Source: an uncultured delta proteobacterium (GTDB taxonomy: Bacteria > Desulfobacterota > Binatia > UBA9968). Taken from it: a stretch of DNA of 59,322 nucleotides. Below, one piece after another: positions 41,741 through 52,061 of the stretch (position 1 is the first letter of the stretch; every line of letters starts with the position of its first letter). Under the pieces are notes generated by a model. It searched no databases, was not told the DNA's origin, and was given only the letters and a program-made list of their open reading frames with translations. Made by a program: the position numbers and the translations under genes. Location: the NCBI GenBank assembly GCA_963728565.1, contig CAVSLC010000007.1, positions 1 through 59,322 of the forward strand. The letters are read 5' to 3'.

Positions 41741-43009
41741 TTGCCCAAGCACGCCGAAAGCGTAGCCGCGCAGAGTGGAGCCGCACCAGCTAAACCGGTG
41801 GCTTTCGCTGCGCTGCGCCATCGTGATTTTCGTATTTTCTTCCCGGCCACCATGCTCGCCATGATGGCGGACAACATCGAGCACGTGATCAGTTATTGGC
41901 TGTTGTTCGAGAAGTTTCAGTCGCCTGTGCTTGCGGGTTTCGCCGTGATCAGTCACTGGACGCCGTTTCTCTTGCTCTCTGTTTACTTCGGCGGCCTGGC
42001 CGATCGCTACGATTGCCGCAAACTGATTCAGATTGCTCAGCTGATGTATATGGCCGTTTCCATCGCTTGGGCAATTCTCTTTTTCACGGACAGTCTCGAG
42101 GTTTGGCACGCCTGCGTGCTGCTCGTGATTCACGGCATCGCCGGCGTCTTCTGGACGCCTGCCGAGCAACTGCTGATTCATGACATTGTCGGCCCCGAAG
42201 ATCTGCCGAGCGCGGTGCGGCTCAACTCGACAAGCCGGCAGTTGGGGATTTTGCTCGGTCCGGCGGTGGGCGGGGCCATGATGCTGTGGCTCGGCGCGCC
42301 GGCCGGCTTGCTCATCAACGCGATCATTTATCTGCCGCTGACTATCTGGCTGATGATCGTTCCTTACACCGGCCATCTCCGCGACGATGCGCCGCCGCGG
42401 CGCGCGATGGCTTGGAAGGATGCCATCGTCACGCTGCGGCAGATTATGGAGCACCGGCCGATTGTGACCATGATCGCGTTGGGTGGCGCTGCTTCGCTAT
42501 TTGTCGGCAATGCGTTTCACGCCCAGATGCCGGAGTTTGCCCATGACCTCGGCACGGAAAAAGCAGATCTCACGTACAGCGCTTTGCTTGCCGCCAATGC
42601 CGCGGGGGCGGTAGTGGGCGGGTTCGTGCTCGATGGCAAGGACTGGGTTCCGCCGACGGTGAGGTCGGCAATCCTCTGCGCAATCCTGTGGTGCGTGGTG
42701 ATGGCGGCTTTCGCTTTTTCCTACAGCTACCCGGTGTCGGTGGCGCTGTTGTTTTGCGCCGGGGCTTTGAATCTCGCTTTCTACTCCACGGCGCAGACCA
42801 TCGTTCAGCTGCAGGCGCCGATCGATTTGCGCGGCCGGCTGATCGGCTTGTTTACGATGTCGGCCTATGGTCTGCGCGCCTTCAGCGGCGTTACCGTCGG
42901 CGTAGTCGGCGGCTTGATCGGCATCCACTGGTCTCTGGCGCTGAGCTCGATGATTCTTCTTGGCATTACTCTGGCATTATTCGCTTTTGCGCTGCCGGCG
43001 CAAAAGTGA
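41741..43009 (+). CDS. MFS transporter (MFS_3-like)
   Basis: TTG start after GGAGG; FAALRHRDFR and GGLADRYDCR motifs; about 12 TM segments. Confidence 0.92.
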   Translation: MPKHAESVAAQSGAAPAKPVAFAALRHRDFRIFFPATMLAMMADNIEHVISYWLLFEKFQSPVLAGFAVISHWTPFLLLSVYFGGLADRYDCRKLIQIAQLMYMAVSIAWAILFFTDSLEVWHACVLLVIHGIAGVFWTPAEQLLIHDIVGPEDLPSAVRLNSTSRQLGILLGPAVGGAMMLWLGAPAGLLINAIIYLPLTIWLMIVPYTGHLRDDAPPRRAMAWKDAIVTLRQIMEHRPIVTMIALGGAASLFVGNAFHAQMPEFAHDLGTEKADLTYSALLAANAAGAVVGGFVLDGKDWVPPTVRSAILCAILWCVVMAAFAFSYSYPVSVALLFCAGALNLAFYSTAQTIVQLQAPIDLRGRLIGLFTMSAYGLRAFSGVTVGVVGGLIGIHWSLALSSMILLGITLALFAFALPAQK

Positions 43010-43028
43010 CTGGGGTATGCCTTTAGCA

Positions 43029-44556
43029 TTATTTCGCTTCAGCACTGTCAAGCGAAGCGTTGTCTGAAGCAGCGACGGCCGATCGTTTTTCAAGCCGCAA
43101 CGAAAAATCCTTCCTCTGAATGAAGATTTGCTTGGTATCTTTGCGTTGCGCCAATGAGCTGATCAACGTCATCAGAGGCGTCGCCGTGCTCCTGTAATCC
43201 TTTGCCGGGGCCGCCGCCTTCATACTTGCAACATAATCTTCTCCGGCAAAATAACGGAGAATTTTCTCATCGTCCGAGACGCCGTCGCCGCCAAATTTCG
43301 CTCTAAACTCTTTGACTGAAATCTCCGGCAGCGTCCATTTGGCCAGCTCCTTGGCGCGCGCGCCGGCTGAGAATCATATCTCTGACATTGGCATCGATGG
43401 AGCGCGCTTCCTCTTCGCCCCAGTGGCCGAGCGCGTATTGAATCATCTCATCGGTAACCTCTTTGTAACGTTCTCCGACCATGACGTTGATCGCCGCTTG
43501 CACGCCGACAAATTGTGAATAGGGGGTCACCATGATCGGATAGCCAAACTCCGCCCTGACCCGAACCACCTCCTCGAGCACCGCGTCCAGTTGATCGAGT
43601 TTGCCGAGGTTTGCCAGTTGGAAGCGGAAGTTTGAAATCATGCCGCCGGGCACCTGATGAATTGGATGAAAGGCGTCATACTCGACCGGCCTGCCGATGG
43701 GAAGATTTTCTTGTTTGGCGACCGCGGTGAAATGCTCGCTCACTGGCTTGAGAGCCTCTTCGTCGATTGCGGTGGAGTAACCCAGCGCCCGCGCGTTCAT
43801 CGCGACATTGAAGATCGACGGGTTAGAGGAAGCCTCCGCTAGAGGAGGGATCGCTGTGTTGATCGAGCGGATTCCCGCCTTGATCGCCTCCAGGCAGGAC
43901 GGCGCACCGAGACCGGTGGTGCAGTGCGTGTGAAACTCGACCGGTTTACCGTTGGCATTCTCGAGGATCAATGGAACCAGCGCGCGGGTTCGCTGCGGCG
44001 TGAGCAAGCCTCCCGGATCTTTGAAGCAGATGCGCGCCACGTCGAGTTTGGCGGCTTCGCGAATTCTCCGAAGAAAATAATCGTCGGTGTGTTTCGGCGA
44101 TATCGAATAGATAATGTTGAGGATCGTTTTGAGCCCCAGACGATTGGCGCCGGCCACCGACTCCGCCCAGTATGACGGAGTATTGGAAGGATCCGAGGTG
44201 CGCAGCTCGGAGATCCCGTTAGCGGCTAATCGCTCGAGCCAGAGCTCGGCGATGGCGGGTGGGGTGATCTGAAACGCCAGCATGGAGCGGCTGCGGATGG
44301 CGCGGAGCGGCGTTTTCTTAGCGCGTTGCGCCACCAATCGCGTACGTTCCCAGAGATCTTCTTTCAGGTCGCGAACCGCCTTCTTAAAAAATGCCGAGGA
44401 AATCAGCTCGAACGCTTCAAAGCCGGCCGCATCGATGTGATCAATAACCGGCAGCATCATACGTGTGGTCATATTAGAGGCCCACAGACTCAACTGCCCA
44501 TCGCGCAAGGTGGTGTCGACGAAACGAATTTTATCGGTTTGTTTCATGTCATTCAT
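43029..44556 (-). CDS. Pyruvate carboxylase subunit B / oxaloacetate decarboxylase alpha-like carboxyltransferase lacking a biotinyl domain; frameshift near 43365
   Basis: DTTLRDGQ, FKDPGG, FHTHCTTG, HQVPGGMISN and GYPIMVTPYSQFVG motifs; continues in ORF 43029-43223. Confidence 0.88.
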
Positions 44557-44905
44557 AGGCAATGATTTGATAACCAGGATTCCGCACTTCAAACGGTAAA
44601 CCGATCTCGATCAAGCGGCAAGCCTTCCGGAGCGAAGACCGTAGTTCTTTGTGCAGGCCGGGATCATCCAGCCTTTGACGAAACCATGACTCTGTGTTGC
44701 CCGAGGAGTGAGCCTCGGAGCGAGCGGAAACAGGAACGTAAAAGCACCGCCGCTTATTGAGTTGGCAATAACCTTCGTTTTCTCCCGCTGTGCACTCCAC
44801 CACTGAGGTCGCAGGCTTTCTCAAGGCATAGGCCCATTGCCCGCGACCGGAGAGGCTCGCTCCTCGGGCACTCTCGGAATCGGAATGAACAAGCGCTGTC
44901 ATAAT

Positions 44906-46405
44906 TCACAAACCGGTGGTGCTGGCCGGCGGCCGGCGGTGGCGCGTCGCCTGCTCGTAGGCATAGGCAAGCTGGATCATCTTGCCGTCCTCGTAGGGCC
45001 GCCCCAGAAAGGTTATTCCCGCCGGTAGATTGTCGCGCGTGTAGCCGGCGGGAACCACGATGGAAGGAACGAAGATCAAGAACGTATTGATATGCGGCGC
45101 GCCTTTCTGGTCGACGTACGGCGGATTGATCCCGTCCTTGATCAAGGTCGGTTGGTGCTCCACCGCCTTGTGGACGATTGCGTCCAGGCGATTATCGGCC
45201 ATGACCTTCAACACGTTGGTCATCAGTTGCTCGCGCGCCTTGAGGTATTCGTAATGCGCAGTCGGTTCGCCGGTCCTGCTCCATCTTTCGCGCGAGCCTT
45301 TGACGACTTTGGCGAAGTCCGGCGACTTCATCGCGTCCTCGCGGGTTTTGTACGGCGCGCCGGAATTTCTGCCGAAGTAAATATTGAATGATTCTTCTTC
45401 GATGGCCCGGCTGCCGGAGCGCTTGGCGAGCAACGCTTTTAAATTGGGAATGACGATCGGATCGACAATCTCCGCTCCCATGCTTTTCAACTCGTCAACA
45501 GCCTTGTCGAAAACTTCCTCGATCTTGTGGAAGTCCTCGGAGTTGGGTTCGGTCGCGTAACCCATGGCTTCGCGCAAAATCCCGATGCGCGCGCCTTTGA
45601 GGCCGTTCTTATCGAGAAAGCTTGTATAGCTTTCCGGAATCTGCCCAACACCCCTGGCGGTTAGAGGATCTTCCGGGTCATAGCCGACCATGACATCGAG
45701 CAGCTTGGCGAGGTCTTCAATCGAACGGGTCATCGGTCCCAGGGATCCGACCGGTGATGGCCATCCGGCGTAGACTCCGCTGCGACTGACCAAGCCGGCG
45801 GTGGGGCGCATGCCGCACACCGAATTCCACGTCGACGGCCGCCGAATCGATGCAAAGCCCTCCTGGCCGATGGCGACCGTGCAATAATTGGCGGCAACAC
45901 TTGCTCCCGAGCCTCCTGAAGATCCGCCCGCGGTGCGATCCAGGTCATACGGATTGCGCGTCGAGCCGAAAAGAGAACCGTGGGTATCGCCGCCGCCTAA
46001 CTCGCCGAGCGTGGCCTTCCCAAGGATCACGGCGCCCGCCCGCTTAAGTTTTTCCACCGCAAAGGCGTCGCGCTGCGGGTAATAATCCTTGAACAACACC
46101 GAGCCCAGGGTGGTCGGCATTCCCTTGGCATCGCCTTGATCCTTCATGATCACCGGGATCCCGTGTAGCGGACCGACAAAGCCGGACGTTTTAAAAGCGG
46201 CGTCAAGGCGTTCAGCTTCGCCTAGCGCCAGTGGATTGGTAGAGATGATGGCATTAATTTCCGGGCCTTTCTTGTCGAAAGCCTCGATGCGATCGAAATA
46301 CATTTGTACAAGCCGCTGGGCCGTGAGCTCGCCGGATCGGTAAGCGCTGTGAATGCTCTCGATGGTGGCTTCGATGATGTTGAAGGGCTGGTTGGCTTCA
46401 GTCAT
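44906..46405 (-). CDS. Amidase signature family protein
   Basis: GPLHGIPVIMKD, TRNPYD, GGSSGGSG and SIRRP motifs. Confidence 0.93.
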   Translation of the reverse strand: MTEANQPFNIIEATIESIHSAYRSGELTAQRLVQMYFDRIEAFDKKGPEINAIISTNPLALGEAERLDAAFKTSGFVGPLHGIPVIMKDQGDAKGMPTTLGSVLFKDYYPQRDAFAVEKLKRAGAVILGKATLGELGGGDTHGSLFGSTRNPYDLDRTAGGSSGGSGASVAANYCTVAIGQEGFASIRRPSTWNSVCGMRPTAGLVSRSGVYAGWPSPVGSLGPMTRSIEDLAKLLDVMVGYDPEDPLTARGVGQIPESYTSFLDKNGLKGARIGILREAMGYATEPNSEDFHKIEEVFDKAVDELKSMGAEIVDPIVIPNLKALLAKRSGSRAIEEESFNIYFGRNSGAPYKTREDAMKSPDFAKVVKGSRERWSRTGEPTAHYEYLKAREQLMTNVLKVMADNRLDAIVHKAVEHQPTLIKDGINPPYVDQKGAPHINTFLIFVPSIVVPAGYTRDNLPAGITFLGRPYEDGKMIQLAYAYEQATRHRRPPASTTGL

Positions 46406-46454
46406 ATATTTCTCCTTCGGATGGATCAGGATTTAACCTTGGGCGGCGGTTCGC

Positions 46455-47060
46455 CTACAGAAGCGGTTTAACCGATGGGCGCCCCTTCATCTTCTGCAGC
46501 CAGCCATTGAGCCGCGGCAAAGAAGGATCCGGCAGGGCGCCATAGTCTTCGAATCGGAAAAAGCGCGCCAGCAGATCGATGTCAGTCAGGCTTAGGTCGC
46601 CGAGAAAATACGCCTTGTCGCCCAGCGCGTCTTCGAGATACCGCATGAGTTCTCGTAAATTCCCGCGCGTCGCGCCGATGATGATTTGATCGCGCTCGCT
46701 TTCCTGCTTCAACATCTCGCCGCGCAATGCCCAGTAAGGCTCATGCATGTATCTCAAACCGTAGTCGACCAAAACGCGGCCGCGCGCGCGCCGATACGGA
46801 TCTTTCGGCATCAGCGGAGGCTGCGGATACTGCTCGTCCAGGTACTCATTGATGATGCAGGATTCAAAAAGCACTTTGCCGTTGTCATTGATCACCGGCA
46901 CCTTGCCGTACGGATTGAGCTTTAAGAAGTCAGGTTGCTTCTGTTCTTTTTTCGCAAGGTCGAGGGTCACCCGTTGGTAGGCGAGTCCTTTCTCATGGAG
47001 AACGATTTTTACCCGATCGCTGTTAGCCGAGGGCGACGCATCGTACAACGTTATGGCCAT
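46455..47060 (-). CDS. Glutathione S-transferase
   Basis: LNPYGKVPV and FESCIINEYLDE motifs; GGAGG RBS. Confidence 0.92.
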   Translation of the reverse strand: MAITLYDASPSANSDRVKIVLHEKGLAYQRVTLDLAKKEQKQPDFLKLNPYGKVPVINDNGKVLFESCIINEYLDEQYPQPPLMPKDPYRRARGRVLVDYGLRYMHEPYWALRGEMLKQESERDQIIIGATRGNLRELMRYLEDALGDKAYFLGDLSLTDIDLLARFFRFEDYGALPDPSLPRLNGWLQKMKGRPSVKPLL

Positions 47061-47181
47061 AGGTTCCTCCCGCAAGGTAAAATCGCCGGAACGGCGCATT
47101 GCAGATCATAGGAATCTTATATTTAGAAGTCGCGGCGATTTGCAATCCGTTGCGGCATTTCTATTGTTGAATTGCAGACGG

Positions 47182-48096
47182 CTATTGTTTGGGCGCGCTG
47201 ACCAGCACCACCGAGCCTATAATCAGACTCGCGGCAAACAACGTGCGCCCGGTCATCGGCTCGTTCGCGAGAAAGTAACCGAGCAAAACCGCGACCAGGG
47301 GGTTAACGTAAGCGTAAGTCGATACCAGCGGTGTCGGCGCCACACGCAGGAGCCAGACATAAGCAACGAAAGCCGCCGAACCCACCGCAGTCAGGTACGC
47401 CAGCGCGAGCGCCGAGCGTGATGAAACCGCGCCGATATCCAGGTGGTTCCATTCGCCGGCAATGGTTGCGGTCGCCAGCAGCGCGACACCGCCGGCAAAC
47501 ATTTCCATGCCGGTTGCCAGTAGCGGTGATCCGGTGAGTTTTGCGGTTCTCGCGTACAAAGAGCCGATGGCCCATGATAGCGACGCAAACAGCACGGCCG
47601 TGGTGCCGAACAGGTTGAAGACCAGGGCGTCGCTGGCGGCGAACCGGATCAGCAGAACGACCCCACCGAAGCCGATGAGAATGCCGACGATGGCGGCAGC
47701 GCTCGGTCTTTCTTTGCCCGGCCGGGCCGAGTCGATGGCGACCATCCACAACGGTACCGTCGCGACCAGCAGCGCGGCGAGACTGGATGGAATGAACTGC
47801 GAAGCCCAGACGACGCCGCCGTTGCCGCCGAGTAAAAGAAAAACTCCGACGGTGGCGGCGCTGCGCCATTCCACGGCCGTGGGTTTGGCATCGCCGGCGA
47901 AACGACGCCAAGTGTATAAACACGCTCCGGAGACGATGAAGCGAAAGGCCGCAGAGATAAACGGCGGAGTTGTTTCGACCGTGAAACGTATCGCCAGATA
48001 GGTAGATCCCCAGATCAGGTAAACCGCCAGCAAGGCCGACCAGATCGCCAGCGCAGAGGCTCGGTATTCCTGCGATGCCGGTGTTAATTGCCTCAC
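47182..48096 (-). CDS. EamA/DMT family transporter (YedA-like)
   Basis: VYLIWGSTYLAIR, GGNGGV and STYAYVNPLVAV motifs; about 10 TM segments. Confidence 0.92.
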   Translation of the reverse strand: MRQLTPASQEYRASALAIWSALLAVYLIWGSTYLAIRFTVETTPPFISAAFRFIVSGACLYTWRRFAGDAKPTAVEWRSAATVGVFLLLGGNGGVVWASQFIPSSLAALLVATVPLWMVAIDSARPGKERPSAAAIVGILIGFGGVVLLIRFAASDALVFNLFGTTAVLFASLSWAIGSLYARTAKLTGSPLLATGMEMFAGGVALLATATIAGEWNHLDIGAVSSRSALALAYLTAVGSAAFVAYVWLLRVAPTPLVSTYAYVNPLVAVLLGYFLANEPMTGRTLFAASLIIGSVVLVSAPKQ

Positions 48097-48298
48097 CGAC
48101 AAACTCTTTCCAAGCGCTCCGGCTCATCGAATGAATCGCCGAAGCCCGGCCGACGGTGATTTCGAAGCTGATGAACCGGCGGGATTAAACTGACGATGCC
48201 CCAAGCCGGCTCAAGACCGCTGAACCACCGACGGTGCCGAGATAATCGGGTGACAGCCGCCAGGTTGCCAAACGGTTTCGCGATTGCGTGTATGCCAC

Positions 48299-49450
48299 TC
48301 ACGCCGGGACTAGCTCTGGATCTACCGGATAGCGCGACAAAATTTCCGCTCCCGAATCGGTTACGCGCAGCAAGTGCTCGAGCTTGACCGGATAATGATT
48401 GATCTCGAGGGCGACAATCATATTCTCCTCTAGACTCACCACGTACTCCGGTGGATCGCCGCCGCGCAGCCAGGGCGCTTCATAGATGCACAAACCGACG
48501 CCATGAAAACCGTCCAGTCCAGCCATTCTCGAGGAGCTATGTTTGCCGAACCGGCTGAAAAGCTCGCTGCAAGGTCCGGGTTTAATCAGCGGCAGCGCCT
48601 CCTGCAAGCTTTGGTAAGCTTCTCGATAACGGTTCCGGCTCTGCGCCGTCGGCGTGCCGCGACTAAAGGTACGGGCGAAGTCGCTGTAGTAACCTCCCGG
48701 TCCGGCGACTGTGGCATCGCAGATTACCAGATCACCGTCCACCACCACCAGGTCCGTGCCCATGGGCTCGTTGTGCGTTCGCGCCTTGGACGATTCATAG
48801 ATGGAAACAAATTCACTGCCCGCTTCGAATCCCTGATCCAGCAAAGAATCCAACATGATCCGGCTCAAGCGTTCTTCGGGCAGATCCGATTCATGCAGCG
48901 CCGCGCGAACCAGATCATAGCCTTTCTCTTTGGCCCGGGTGGTCCAGCGAATCAGTTGGAGCTCATCGATAGTTTTTACCGCGCGCGCCTGATTGATTGC
49001 GCGAGAGCCGTCGACGAGTTCAATGCCGGCGTCTCTCAATGCTTCGACTGCTTCAAGGTTCAGGCAATCGACGCCGACCCGCTCGGTGGTAATGCCCAAT
49101 TCGCGCAGATTCGCTTTCGTTTGCGCGGCGAAGTCCCTGGTCGCAACCGCCGGCCGCATGCCGAACATGAATGCATCGAAGCGGCGAAACGGGCCTCGAG
49201 CCCTTGTCGATAGCTCGCGCTGGCAAATCAATGGAGCTCCGCTCTGAGGCACCAAGACAAAACGCTGAATCGCGGTGGCGCGCAGATTGATCATGAAAAC
49301 CGAGTTGGTCGCATACCGAATGTTGAGCCAGTCGGTGAGCATGAGCGCCGTCAGATCGTGTTCTTTCATGGCTTGCTGCAGGCGCGACAAACGCTGCGCT
49401 TTGAGCCGGTCGTTATCGACGCCGAAAACACTCAGGTCGGGGTAATACAT
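48299..49450 (-). CDS. M24 family (Xaa-Pro peptidase-like) metalloenzyme
   Basis: NIRYAT, metal-ligand motifs CDAT, YYSDFART, HGVGL..E.P, ALE and KLEH; AAGGAG RBS. Confidence 0.88.
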   Translation of the reverse strand: MYYPDLSVFGVDNDRLKAQRLSRLQQAMKEHDLTALMLTDWLNIRYATNSVFMINLRATAIQRFVLVPQSGAPLICQRELSTRARGPFRRFDAFMFGMRPAVATRDFAAQTKANLRELGITTERVGVDCLNLEAVEALRDAGIELVDGSRAINQARAVKTIDELQLIRWTTRAKEKGYDLVRAALHESDLPEERLSRIMLDSLLDQGFEAGSEFVSIYESSKARTHNEPMGTDLVVVDGDLVICDATVAGPGGYYSDFARTFSRGTPTAQSRNRYREAYQSLQEALPLIKPGPCSELFSRFGKHSSSRMAGLDGFHGVGLCIYEAPWLRGGDPPEYVVSLEENMIVALEINHYPVKLEHLLRVTDSGAEILSRYPVDPELVPA

Positions 49451-49470
49451 GAACTCTCCTTTGGATTTCG

Positions 49471-49616
49471 CTACAGAAACTCTGATTACAGGCTGCTCAA
49501 AAGGGTCCAGAGGCAAGGCGCGCGAAGTTCGATGAGCTGAGGCGTACGCTTCAGTATCTTGAAGCGAATCGATCGAGCGGAACGAAGCATATGGATCGTT
49601 TTCAGCAGCCTGCTAG
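49471..49616 (+). mobile_element. MITE-like repeat, copy 6 (variant A)
   Basis: TACAGGCTGCTCAAAA...AAGGCGCGCGAA...AACGAAGCATATGG...TTTTCAGCAGCCTGCTAG. Confidence 0.85.
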
Positions 49617-49779
49617 CTGATGATATATCGCTTGCATTAAATAGGCGTCAAGAATGAATCAGCATTCTTAGCGACCGGGAAGCTGTGAGCTAGCGCGGCA
49701 CTCCGAATGCAAAACTGTTGACTCTGAAAATCATTCAGAATAGCTCTGAGGTTTTCAACAAACTAAAGGAGAATATTTA

Positions 49780-50769
49780 GTGGCTTACGATGATCGCAGT
49801 GTAAAACCCATGAGCGCCAGCCTGATGCGCGCCCGGATTGCTACAAAAATTCTTTCCGGACTCTATGAGGATGCTCCGACGCTGTTGACCAGCGCCATTC
49901 GATTGATGGTCGAATTGCCCGGCGGTTCGGCGCACGCGGGCCCGCCTTATCCTTTTACCATCGGCGTTAGTCCGGCATGGTGCAGCGGGCTTAACGGCGC
50001 CAAACTCGTCGCCAGCGGCAAGCTCGATCTGGTCTGGCTCAATCCCTCGATCATCCCGTCCATGGCGGTCCGAGGAGTGGGGCCGTTTCGGCGCAAGTAT
50101 CCGCTGCGCGCTCTGGCGGTGTTTCCGTCCTGGGATCGGTTAGTGATCGCGGTCTCGCCGCAGTTGGGCGTGCGCACGATGGAAGAGCTCATCGACAAAA
50201 AACCCAAAATGAATGTGTCGATAGCTGTCAACGATTGCGTCGATTTCGCGATCAAGACGCTGCTCAAGGCGCACGGTATTTCACAGCAGGACTTCATCGA
50301 GTGGGGCGGTACCGTCGATGAGGTGGTGCGCCCGAGCAATCCGCACCGCCGGGAAGGAATCGTTTCAGGAACGCTCGATATGGTGATTGACGAAGGCATG
50401 GATTCGTGGGGCGACGTTGCGGTGGAGCATGGGATGAGATTTCTTTCCTTTTCCGAGCCGGTGCTGAAGAAGTTGGAAAATTACGGGTTTCTGAGGGCCA
50501 GGCTTGATCACGGCCGTATAGACGGCATCAACGATCCGACTACAGTGGTCGACTTTAGCGGCTGGCCGATAGTCGTGCACGAGAAATTTCCCGACGAACT
50601 GGCCTATCACATCGCCGGCGTGCTGGATAAAATTCGCGAGGAGATTCCTTACGATGCAGCCGAGACGCCGTCAATGAAGCAGTTGTGCACCAACACGGAA
50701 GCCGGCCCGCTGGATTTTCCGCTGCATCCGGGAGCGGAGCGGTACTATCGAGAGAAGGGGTACCTGTGA
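49780..50769 (+). CDS. TAXI-family TRAP solute receptor-like protein without evident signal peptide
   Basis: LRALAVFP, FPDELAYHI and the C-terminal PLHPGAERYYREKG motif; AAGGAG RBS before GTG. Confidence 0.85.
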   Translation: MAYDDRSVKPMSASLMRARIATKILSGLYEDAPTLLTSAIRLMVELPGGSAHAGPPYPFTIGVSPAWCSGLNGAKLVASGKLDLVWLNPSIIPSMAVRGVGPFRRKYPLRALAVFPSWDRLVIAVSPQLGVRTMEELIDKKPKMNVSIAVNDCVDFAIKTLLKAHGISQQDFIEWGGTVDEVVRPSNPHRREGIVSGTLDMVIDEGMDSWGDVAVEHGMRFLSFSEPVLKKLENYGFLRARLDHGRIDGINDPTTVVDFSGWPIVVHEKFPDELAYHIAGVLDKIREEIPYDAAETPSMKQLCTNTEAGPLDFPLHPGAERYYREKGYL

Positions 50770-50889
50770 GGCACGAGCCTTGTTCGTGATTGTCGGACTG
50801 TGCGTGTCAATCTCGGAGCCGGAAAAAAGCGTGGCGCCCAAGAAGCGAAAGCGCCGAATGCACACGATGCTAAACCGCTAGCGCCGCCA

Positions 50890-51297
50890 TTACGGCGCCA
50901 TTCCCGGGGGCCACTCCTGGTATTGTGGCAGTGCATCGACGATTTCGTACCAGGGGGCTTTGGAACCGACGAAGATGTGTTCGCCGGGACGCACACCCGG
51001 ATCACCGTCGACCGATCCCAACACCACCTCGGTGATTTGTCCGGAGTCACTAAGAACAAGCGGGGAGCCGCACTTCCTGCAAAAGCACCTCTCTTTTGCG
51101 GGGGAGGATTCGTACCGCGCGACAAATTCGACGCCCGATGTCCAGCGAAACTGGTCCGGGTTGACGTGCGCCCACGTCGCAAATGCCGCTCCGTGAGACT
51201 TCCTGCACATTGAACAATGGCAATGTCCGGCCGCTTTGAACGAGCCGGTGATTTCGTAGCTCACAGTTCCACATAGACAGCTCCCCGTTATCGCCAT
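50890..51297 (-). CDS. GFA/CENP-V family zinc protein
   Basis: GSCLCG, HCHCSMCRK, FCRKCGS and HIFVGSKAPW motifs. Confidence 0.92.
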   Translation of the reverse strand: MAITGSCLCGTVSYEITGSFKAAGHCHCSMCRKSHGAAFATWAHVNPDQFRWTSGVEFVARYESSPAKERCFCRKCGSPLVLSDSGQITEVVLGSVDGDPGVRPGEHIFVGSKAPWYEIVDALPQYQEWPPGMAP

Positions 51298-51584
51298 TTT
51301 TGCCTCTCTCTGTAAATTGTTGTTGTCCCGGACTATGGCCCGTCTCACATGCGCGTCTCCAGCGATCATTTCTTCATCTCCATATCAAGCGCCGAGAAGC
51401 CGCCGAAGGCGCCGGCCCATGCGCGATCGGAAGACGAAATACGACTCTAAATCGAGAATGCGATGCAAACTCCTCCATGTATGTCCTTCAGTTTGGGCTC
51501 CAGCCTCGCTTTGTCTAAAAGAAGTACATCGCTTTCTTACAGCAAGATAGATAGATACTCGCGCTTGACCGGTTTAATTTTGGT

Positions 51585-51911
51585 GTGATAGTTGACCCAG
51601 AAATGTTCGATATCGTACCGAGCGAACGGGCCGAACGGCACAGCGGATCTCAGAGGGTCCTTTTTGCGTTAGACGTTTTAGAAATTCTTTCTTGGCAGGG
51701 CATAACTGGCATAACCGAAATCGCTAAAACTCTGCACTCTGACAACAGCCGTGTGGTCAGAGCGTTAATATCGCCACGTTTATCCAACATCTTCGGCAAG
51801 TCCGAAAGCGCGGCGATGGCTTTAGTGACGAGGCAAATTGCCATAGAGGTGCGAGCATTGGCAGTCCCCGTACGAAATTCGACCGGCCATGTCGTCGCGA
51901 CTATACTTTAG
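51585..51911 (+). pseudogene. Internally deleted IclR-family regulator remnant
   Basis: HTH-like ALDVLEIL...GITEIAKTL joined to the C-terminal VRALAVPVRNSTGHVVA; far shorter than an IclR protein. Confidence 0.6.
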
Positions 51912-51921
51912 CTCGGTTAGT

Positions 51922-52053
51922 AAAATCGAATGTGGTTGATAGCGCGATTAGTGGGAAGCAGTCGCCTGTCTGGATAGCGAAAGACCCCGGAATCTTCACA
52001 AAGAACGGTTTGGACATCCAGTTGATTTACTTCACCGTACGCCAATGGGGATG
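51922..52053 (+). pseudogene. N-terminal fragment of an NMT1/SsuA-like SBP
   Basis: SAISGKQSPVWIAKDPGIFTKNGLDIQLIYF is homologous to the 17257 gene; no start codon, early stop. Confidence 0.75.
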
Positions 52054-52061
52054 AGGTGCTT

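Noticed and set aside
41594-42454. Long antisense ORFs (this one, 20796-21719, 9662-10474, 13807-14511 and others)
   Set aside because: Shadow ORFs opposite well-supported genes, expected in GC-rich DNA.
15037-49616. Dispersed repeats as a CRISPR array or as REPs of the RAYT-like gene
   Set aside because: They are not tandem repeat-spacer units and no cas genes are present; they share no sequence with the GGGGTC IRs and do not flank the transposase.
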